From Candidatus Poribacteria bacterium (GTDB lineage Bacteria; Poribacteria; WGA-4E; UBA9662), in NCBI GenBank assembly GCA_036339735.1, contig JAYZAL010000094.1:1-42638 (forward strand): 42,638 nt of DNA. Direction: 5' to 3'. Both the position numbers and the translations under genes were made by a program. The notes beneath the pieces are model-generated. The model ran no database searches and had not been told where the DNA came from. It saw only the letters and a list, made by a program, of their open reading frames with translations. Of the stretch, positions 36,839 through 42,638 are shown one piece after another (the stretch's first letter is position 1; every line of letters starts with the position of its first letter).

Positions 36839-38713
36839 TTAAAAATCAAGATTTTCAGTAATACGGATGCCACTGGACTTCAGCTTATTCATGTAGAAAC
36901 GAATTCGGTCTTTTGCTATTTTTAAGTCGTGGTTGTTTAAGTTTATGTTCAAAAGGTCTATGTACCATGGAACTTTGACGGGATCTAGGACATAAGTTTC
37001 TACTATCTCTCTGGCAATAGGCAAAGTCGTGTTTTTGGAATTTTCGTGGACGTCTTTGTTACCTGCTAGCAGCAATTTGTCATACTCCTCCCTTAGAAGA
37101 CGCTGGAATAGTTCCACTGAAAATACTTGGTTTGCTTGAGTTCCCGTTTCCTTATCGGATTCGGTCAATTGACCATTCTTATGTAACCACTCCCATAAAA
37201 TGCTCAGCCGTATTTCACCAGTTGCCATGTCTTCCATCAGGTACATAATATTTTCGTCGTCGAAAAAATCTGCTGGTTTTAGAGCCGCAGCCTGAAACCC
37301 TTGGCCGAAAGCATTTCCGTATTGCAAACCTACACTGATTAAATTTCTAGCACCACGGATAGTTCGAGGTGCTGGTTCTAGCATAGTTAGCCCATCGGCG
37401 TCACCTGGAGTGTAAGTTAAGGGTGGGAAATTCCGCCCCAGCTGATTAGATTCACCTATTTCAGCCCAAACTGGTCGTACAATATGAACCATTTTCCAAT
37501 GAGCTACCCATTTACCACTGGCACCAGCGGCTTGCTCTCGCTTAGCACCATTGATAGCTTTCGCCATACTATCAGCAACCCCCGATTCTGTGCCAACAGG
37601 TATGTTGGGTTCCATACCACCTTGCCAGAGAGCAAAATTTCCGTTGAGATCCGGAGTGTTTACGGCTCGACGTACTCTATCCTCGTAATTTTTCATATAC
37701 CCATAGGTCATGGTAATTGACTCAATGTTAGGATTGATAAAGTTATGGTTCCAAGCGACTGCGTCAGCCACACTATTAATATAATCCCATCGACCAGTAT
37801 TGTAACCTACAAAGTGCACTCCTAGGGCAGCTCGTATTTCCATTAACTGAAATGTGGCTTCTAACTGTTCAACCAAAACATAAACCTTTATGGTTCCACT
37901 TGGTAATTCAAGGTAATCTTCTAGAGTTGATAATATCTTATTCCAGAGAGCCGCTTCCTCTGCAGTTTGGATTTTAGGTAAATAAAGAACAATTGAAGAA
38001 TCTTTGGCTTGAAGGTTTTGATAATTATTGACAACGTAGGTTGTAACATCAACCACCGAGGCCGAAAGTGCAACACCTTTTATATCTCGAACATGCCTAT
38101 CATCTAGATGTAATCCTCTTGCCCGAAAAATCTTGGTTGTGCAGTCCAATTGCTTTTGCCAATCATTGATTGTTTCTTGACCTAAAAATGATACCGACCA
38201 TTTGTTCATTTCATTGGCGACTTGTTCTGCAGCTTGTAGGAAAATATCTTCAGCAGAAATTGCCAACTTGAGATTGCGTTGATTGTCCAACGACATAGTA
38301 CTAATTTGACCTAGTGCATCTTCTCCATCAAACATCCAACCGTCCGCTCCAGAAAGAAGTGCGTAAGCCACATTACGTATACTTCGTTCGAGAGTTGTGT
38401 TTGGCTTAGCACCAGGTCCAGTGCCTTGAATCCATTGGCATTGTAAATCATCAGGAATTTCCGGGCCTATAAACGTACCTGATCTGGCATCTTGTACCGT
38501 GAGATTTATACCATCAATCTTATCATCGGGATTGAGGAAATTAATCATTTCCAAATTTTCTGCCCGTTTTTTGCGACGTTCCATCCGTTTTTTCATTATA
38601 TCTAATCTTTCATTATTCAAATCTGATAAGTAGCTAAGAGTAGATAACACTTCTGGAGTCAAAACGTCTGAATAGGTCTGCTCTAAATTGTCGCGAATTT
38701 GAAGGGATGTCAT
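36839..38713 (-). CDS. Malate synthase (divergent, MSA-related)
   Basis: FDGEDA, RARGLHL, LYLPK, VLVE, GYNTGRWDYINS, KWVAH, MEDMATGEIR...LWEWL correspond to malate synthase A motifs. Confidence 0.85.
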   Translation of the reverse strand: MTSLQIRDNLEQTYSDVLTPEVLSTLSYLSDLNNERLDIMKKRMERRKKRAENLEMINFLNPDDKIDGINLTVQDARSGTFIGPEIPDDLQCQWIQGTGPGAKPNTTLERSIRNVAYALLSGADGWMFDGEDALGQISTMSLDNQRNLKLAISAEDIFLQAAEQVANEMNKWSVSFLGQETINDWQKQLDCTTKIFRARGLHLDDRHVRDIKGVALSASVVDVTTYVVNNYQNLQAKDSSIVLYLPKIQTAEEAALWNKILSTLEDYLELPSGTIKVYVLVEQLEATFQLMEIRAALGVHFVGYNTGRWDYINSVADAVAWNHNFINPNIESITMTYGYMKNYEDRVRRAVNTPDLNGNFALWQGGMEPNIPVGTESGVADSMAKAINGAKREQAAGASGKWVAHWKMVHIVRPVWAEIGESNQLGRNFPPLTYTPGDADGLTMLEPAPRTIRGARNLISVGLQYGNAFGQGFQAAALKPADFFDDENIMYLMEDMATGEIRLSILWEWLHKNGQLTESDKETGTQANQVFSVELFQRLLREEYDKLLLAGNKDVHENSKNTTLPIAREIVETYVLDPVKVPWYIDLLNINLNNHDLKIAKDRIRFYMNKLKSSGIRITENLDF

Positions 38714-38745
38714 TTGTTCACCTATTTTTCGGTTGATTTAAGGAA

Positions 38746-39567
38746 CTAAATTGTCATCGTCCATTGAAAAGATCCGGATGGGTCAAATTTATTTTCTTTA
38801 GCCCAATGAATAATAGCATCACTATTCCCACCCAGTAATTGTTGCTGGATTGGGCTGACCTGATCCAGAATTCTCTCGTCCGGTTGGACTTGCTCCATAT
38901 TACTTTTCCTTCCCCCCATCCATCTGTAACTATAACCAAGAATAATTACCTTCGAGGTCCTAAGACTAAGATTAGGGGCTGAAGTATGAAAGATGCGATT
39001 CTCGAATAGAAATGCATCACCTGCTTTTAAGCACAGATCAATAGCTGAAACTGGATCCACGTTACCTGTAGGAATTGGTAGAGGGGTTGGTAGAAGGTGA
39101 GAACCTGGAGCGAACATGGTGAAACCTGTCCTTGGTTCCGGGAAATCGGTTAAACAATAACCTACCTTGATTCCCAATCTCAATAATTTGTCATGTCCTA
39201 AGTCTTCAGTAATGCCAATATCTCGATGCCAACCCCGTTGGTTCAAAATTTCTGGATCCTTTTGATCCTGTGCCTGTGATCGCTTATAGATTATGGCAGC
39301 TGTATGTAAGTGAATATTCGGAGATAATAACTGAGTTATTAATGGGACGGTTGGAGACCAATCTAGTAAAGGATGGAAAGCTGTATTTTCAACAATACCT
39401 GATCTTCGTTGAACGTAAGGATTTTCTTGGTCGAAGGCTTCGACCATTTCATCACAAGCAGATATCAGATGATCTACATCGGCTGGTGGTAAAACACTAG
39501 GAACCACCAAATATCCGTTCGTATCAAAGAACTCTCGTTGTTTATTTGTAAGGTTTACAAACTTCAA
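38746..39567 (-). CDS. PhyH family Fe(II)/2-oxoglutarate dioxygenase
   Basis: FFDTNGYLVV, GWHRD (HxD), APGSH, KAGDAFLFENRIFH. Confidence 0.88.
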   Translation of the reverse strand: MKFVNLTNKQREFFDTNGYLVVPSVLPPADVDHLISACDEMVEAFDQENPYVQRRSGIVENTAFHPLLDWSPTVPLITQLLSPNIHLHTAAIIYKRSQAQDQKDPEILNQRGWHRDIGITEDLGHDKLLRLGIKVGYCLTDFPEPRTGFTMFAPGSHLLPTPLPIPTGNVDPVSAIDLCLKAGDAFLFENRIFHTSAPNLSLRTSKVIILGYSYRWMGGRKSNMEQVQPDERILDQVSPIQQQLLGGNSDAIIHWAKENKFDPSGSFQWTMTI

Positions 39568-39667
39568 CTTCTGACTCGCTTAGGTACGTAATTCGTCTGA
39601 GGCTTACTATTATGCGGGTTTCAAAAAAAAATACAAGAGTTAATACTAGAATACTATTAAACTTAAT

Positions 39668-40327
39668 CTAGTCTGTTTGAATCTTGGTCGCACGAATCAT
39701 CTCTCGTTTGTAGAGCGGTCCTGGTAATGTTTCTATTTCGAAACCAACTTTGGCCAGTAAACGCTTAATACTACCTTTTGCACAATAAGTTACCAGAATA
39801 CCATCATCTTCCATCGATTGATAAAGTTTATCAAAAATGGCTCTCGACCAACATTCCGGTTGTGTACGAGGACTAAACGCATCAAAGTAGACCACATCAA
39901 AGATTTGGGATGTTCTGTGGTCATATATATCGGTCTTAACTTTCTTGACAATGGTTTGTTCATTTAATACGACTTCCTGATTCCAGTCAAGCAAGTGAAG
40001 TTTTTCGAACAGGGGCCTGTCTTGTGAAGTTAAGAACTCAGCATAATTGAGGCAATCAGAATTTGAAAGAGGAAACTTATCAATCGTTTCATAGTACAAT
40101 TGGCACATTAAGGGTAAATATTTCAGGGTCAGTAGAAGATTGAGACCTGTGCCGAATCCCATCTCAAATATGCGAAGTTGAGGCCGATGAATTTTCTGCA
40201 ACAAACCCATTTCTATGAACACATAAACAGACTCAGACCATGCACCATGCTTGGAATGGTATTGTTCTCCAAACTGAGTTGAATAAACTGAGGCTGAACC
40301 ATCACTAGTTGCCACAATCTTGTTCAT
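39668..40327 (-). CDS. mnmD: tRNA (5-methylaminomethyl-2-thiouridine(34))-methyltransferase, stand-alone MnmC methyltransferase domain
   Basis: T.DGS......F.EQYHS.HGA..ES..VFI..GL, EMGFGTGLN, FDAFSP...PE.W, LVTYCAKG, LPGP..KREM. Confidence 0.9.
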   Translation of the reverse strand: MNKIVATSDGSASVYSTQFGEQYHSKHGAWSESVYVFIEMGLLQKIHRPQLRIFEMGFGTGLNLLLTLKYLPLMCQLYYETIDKFPLSNSDCLNYAEFLTSQDRPLFEKLHLLDWNQEVVLNEQTIVKKVKTDIYDHRTSQIFDVVYFDAFSPRTQPECWSRAIFDKLYQSMEDDGILVTYCAKGSIKRLLAKVGFEIETLPGPLYKREMIRATKIQTD

Positions 40328-41140
40328 TTATTTATCGTTTGCTCTTTGACGAATCACTTCATAAAGTAGTATTCCAGCAGCTACTGAAACGTTCAATGAG
40401 GCAATTTTACCTAGCATGGGAATCGATACACAGAAGTCGCATCGCTCTTTGGTTAAATGACGCAGACCGTTCTCTTCTCCACCAAGTACAAGGCAGGTTG
40501 GTTGCCGTAAATCGGCTTGTGTATAGACCTTTGTTCCTGAGATGTCAGCACCCACAACCCAGATCTGTTGTTCCTGTAACCATCCGATAGTTTGAACCAA
40601 ATTTTTCACTCTTGAAACTGGAAGGTAGGTGACACCACCAGCAGAAGATTTGAACACACCTTCGGTTAGTTGCGCTGCTCGCCTTTCAGGGATAATAACA
40701 CCATCTGCATTAGCTGCTTCAGCCGTACGAATAATGGCACCCAAGTTATGTGGATCTTGGACACTATCAAGCATTACAAACAAAGGGACTGAATTAGACT
40801 GGGCCAACATGGTCTCAATTGGCATATACTGCATCGTTTGAACAAATGCTATGATCCCTTGATGTGGTAGGTTCGATAGTTGGTCAAGTTGGTCTTTCGT
40901 AGCGGATTCGATGGGGATTTGTCGTTGCTTAGCATTATCTAGCAAACGATGGATGGGCCGTATCTTCTTAGTGGTCCCATAGTCAGATAATAAGTGCTCA
41001 GCTACTAAAAGACGGTCAATTTCTTGTTCACGGTTCTGTAGCAGCTCGCCCACTGGCCGTCGGCCAACAACTGTTGCGGCGGAACGGTTAGGCGAAGGTT
41101 TTCTAAACTGAGGTACTCGGTTAGCCAAAATTTTTAACAC
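40328..41140 (-). CDS. rlmB: 23S rRNA (guanosine-2'-O)-methyltransferase, TrmH/SpoU family
   Basis: HQGIIA, LDSVQDPHNLGAIIRTA, KSSAG, LVLGGEENGL, SLNVSVAAGILLYE. Confidence 0.93.
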   Translation of the reverse strand: MLKILANRVPQFRKPSPNRSAATVVGRRPVGELLQNREQEIDRLLVAEHLLSDYGTTKKIRPIHRLLDNAKQRQIPIESATKDQLDQLSNLPHQGIIAFVQTMQYMPIETMLAQSNSVPLFVMLDSVQDPHNLGAIIRTAEAANADGVIIPERRAAQLTEGVFKSSAGGVTYLPVSRVKNLVQTIGWLQEQQIWVVGADISGTKVYTQADLRQPTCLVLGGEENGLRHLTKERCDFCVSIPMLGKIASLNVSVAAGILLYEVIRQRANDK

Positions 41141-41163
41141 AAAACAAAATTGAGAATGAGGCG

Positions 41164-42030
41164 CTATAGAACTTTGGCTAGAGTATTTCCCATTTCAGCT
41201 GGGCTCTTAGCGACAGCAACTCCAGCCGCTTCAAGTGCATCTATTTTTTCCTCCGCTGTTCCTGTCCCACCAGAAATTATAGCACCTGCGTGTCCCATAC
41301 GCTTGCCTTCAGGTGCAGTAAGACCTGCAATAAAACCAACTACTGGCTTATTAACTGATTGCTTAATATAATCTGCCGCTTGCTCTTCTGCCGTGCCACC
41401 TATTTCACCTATCATGATTACCGCTTCCGTATCATTATCTTCAGCAAATAATTGAAGCGTGTCGACAAAACTAGTACCATTGACAGGATCCCCACCAATA
41501 CCTACACAAGTGGATTGACCGAGACCGAGTTGTGTTACCTGGTGTACTGCTTCATAGGTTAGGGTCCCACTACGAGACACAATACCTATTTTCCCGGCCT
41601 GATGAATATAACCTGGCATAATACCTATCTTGCATTCGCCTGGCGTTATAATACCAGGGCAGTTAGGTCCAATGAGACGGGTTGCTTTGCCCTCTAGATA
41701 TCGTTTAACTTTAACCATATCTAGTACAGGAATACCCTCAGTAATACAAACGATCAGCTCAATACCGGCTGTTGCTGCTTCCATTATAGCATCTGCGGCA
41801 AAAGCCGCAGGTACATAAATCATCGAAGCGTTAGCTCCAGTGGCAACAATAGCATTTTCAACAGTATCGAAAACAGGGATTTCATCCACAATCGTATTGC
41901 CTTTGCCCGGTGTTACACCACCAACAATCTGTGTACCATAAGAGACACATTGTTGAGCGTGAAAACGGCCGGCACGACCAGTTAGTCCTTGCACGATGAC
42001 TTTGGTGTTTTTATTAACTAAAATACTCAT
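41164..42030 (-). CDS. sucD: Succinate--CoA ligase alpha subunit
   Basis: [54 protein letters not shown] (phospho-His); GGAG RBS. Confidence 0.97.
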   Translation of the reverse strand: MSILVNKNTKVIVQGLTGRAGRFHAQQCVSYGTQIVGGVTPGKGNTIVDEIPVFDTVENAIVATGANASMIYVPAAFAADAIMEAATAGIELIVCITEGIPVLDMVKVKRYLEGKATRLIGPNCPGIITPGECKIGIMPGYIHQAGKIGIVSRSGTLTYEAVHQVTQLGLGQSTCVGIGGDPVNGTSFVDTLQLFAEDNDTEAVIMIGEIGGTAEEQAADYIKQSVNKPVVGFIAGLTAPEGKRMGHAGAIISGGTGTAEEKIDALEAAGVAVAKSPAEMGNTLAKVL

Positions 42031-42057
42031 TTATTCTCCAAAAATTTCACTGACTCT

Positions 42058-42638
42058 TTAGCTATGATACTCTGATTTATTAGTTAAGGTTGTGATACCA
42101 GGCAATTCTTTACCTTCCATTAATTCAAGGGACGCACCACCTCCAGTTGAGATGTGGGAAATCTGGTCGCTAACTCCAGCTTTTTGAGCCGCTGCTACGC
42201 AGTCTCCGCCGCCAATAATGCTAGTGGCTCCCGACTGAGCGATAAATTTAGCTAAAGATATGGTACCAACAGCGAACTGATCGAATTCATAAACACCGAC
42301 TGGCCCGTTCCAAAATACGGTCTCTGCATCTTTGATTACTTCACCGAAATCCTGGACTGTCTGTGGTCCTATGTCAAAACCTTCCCATCCTTCTGATATC
42401 TCACCACGCAAAACGACCTGGGAAGAAGTGTTTGGTGAAAAATCTTGGCCTATCACGTGGTCTACCGGTAAATGGATGTTAACCCCCTTTCCTTCTGCTT
42501 TTTGCATTAACTGAGTTGCTAATTCAATTTTATCGGTCTCAACAATGGAGTTTCCAATCTCATGACCTAGTGCTTTCAGGAAAGTATATGCCATACCACC
42601 ACCAATTAGCAACTCGTCAATTGTGTTGATGAGATTGT
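42058..42638 (-). CDS. pgk: Phosphoglycerate kinase, 3' part (truncated by the window edge)
   Basis: LIGGGMAYTF, LPVD, DIGP.T, WNGPVGVYE, GGGD, HISTGGGASLE; frame is open to the window end. Confidence 0.97.
   Translation of the reverse strand, partial: NLINTIDELLIGGGMAYTFLKALGHEIGNSIVETDKIELATQLMQKAEGKGVNIHLPVDHVIGQDFSPNTSSQVVLRGEISEGWEGFDIGPQTVQDFGEVIKDAETVFWNGPVGVYEFDQFAVGTISLAKFIAQSGATSIIGGGDCVAAAQKAGVSDQISHISTGGGASLELMEGKELPGITTLTNKSEYHS

Overview
A low-GC bacterial window with no RNA genes, CRISPR arrays or mobile elements that I can support. The C-terminal 'LGQNYPNPFNPETWIPYQL' sorting domain, the dockerin and the two PhyH dioxygenases suggest Candidatus Poribacteria or a relative; this is inference only. 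More than half of the window is one 22.3-kb gene for a 7432-aa secreted protein. Its order is signal peptide, FG-GAP propeller, ASH-like domains, about 15 cadherin-like domains, 13 PKD domains, further Ig-like domains, Fn3, dockerin, cohesin-like domain and a FlgD-Ig/T9SS-type tail. It contains a recent 381-bp domain duplication and a 27-bp tandem repeat (LELGGLEDP)n. It is transcribed divergently from a PhyH dioxygenase / galactonate dehydratase / FGGY kinase operon, and both predicted promoters carry the same CCTAAYTAGG palindrome. Left of the giant gene are two tandem Gfo/Idh/MocA-like paralogues, a lipoprotein made only of the C-terminal domain of the SAM hydroxide adenosyltransferase/fluorinase family, and a beta-carbonic anhydrase. 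To the right are a GspC-like orphan, a small ORF, a YejA-like binding protein, a Cys-motif-less redoxin-fold protein, pheT, a divergent malate synthase, a second PhyH, mnmD, rlmB, sucD and a partial pgk.
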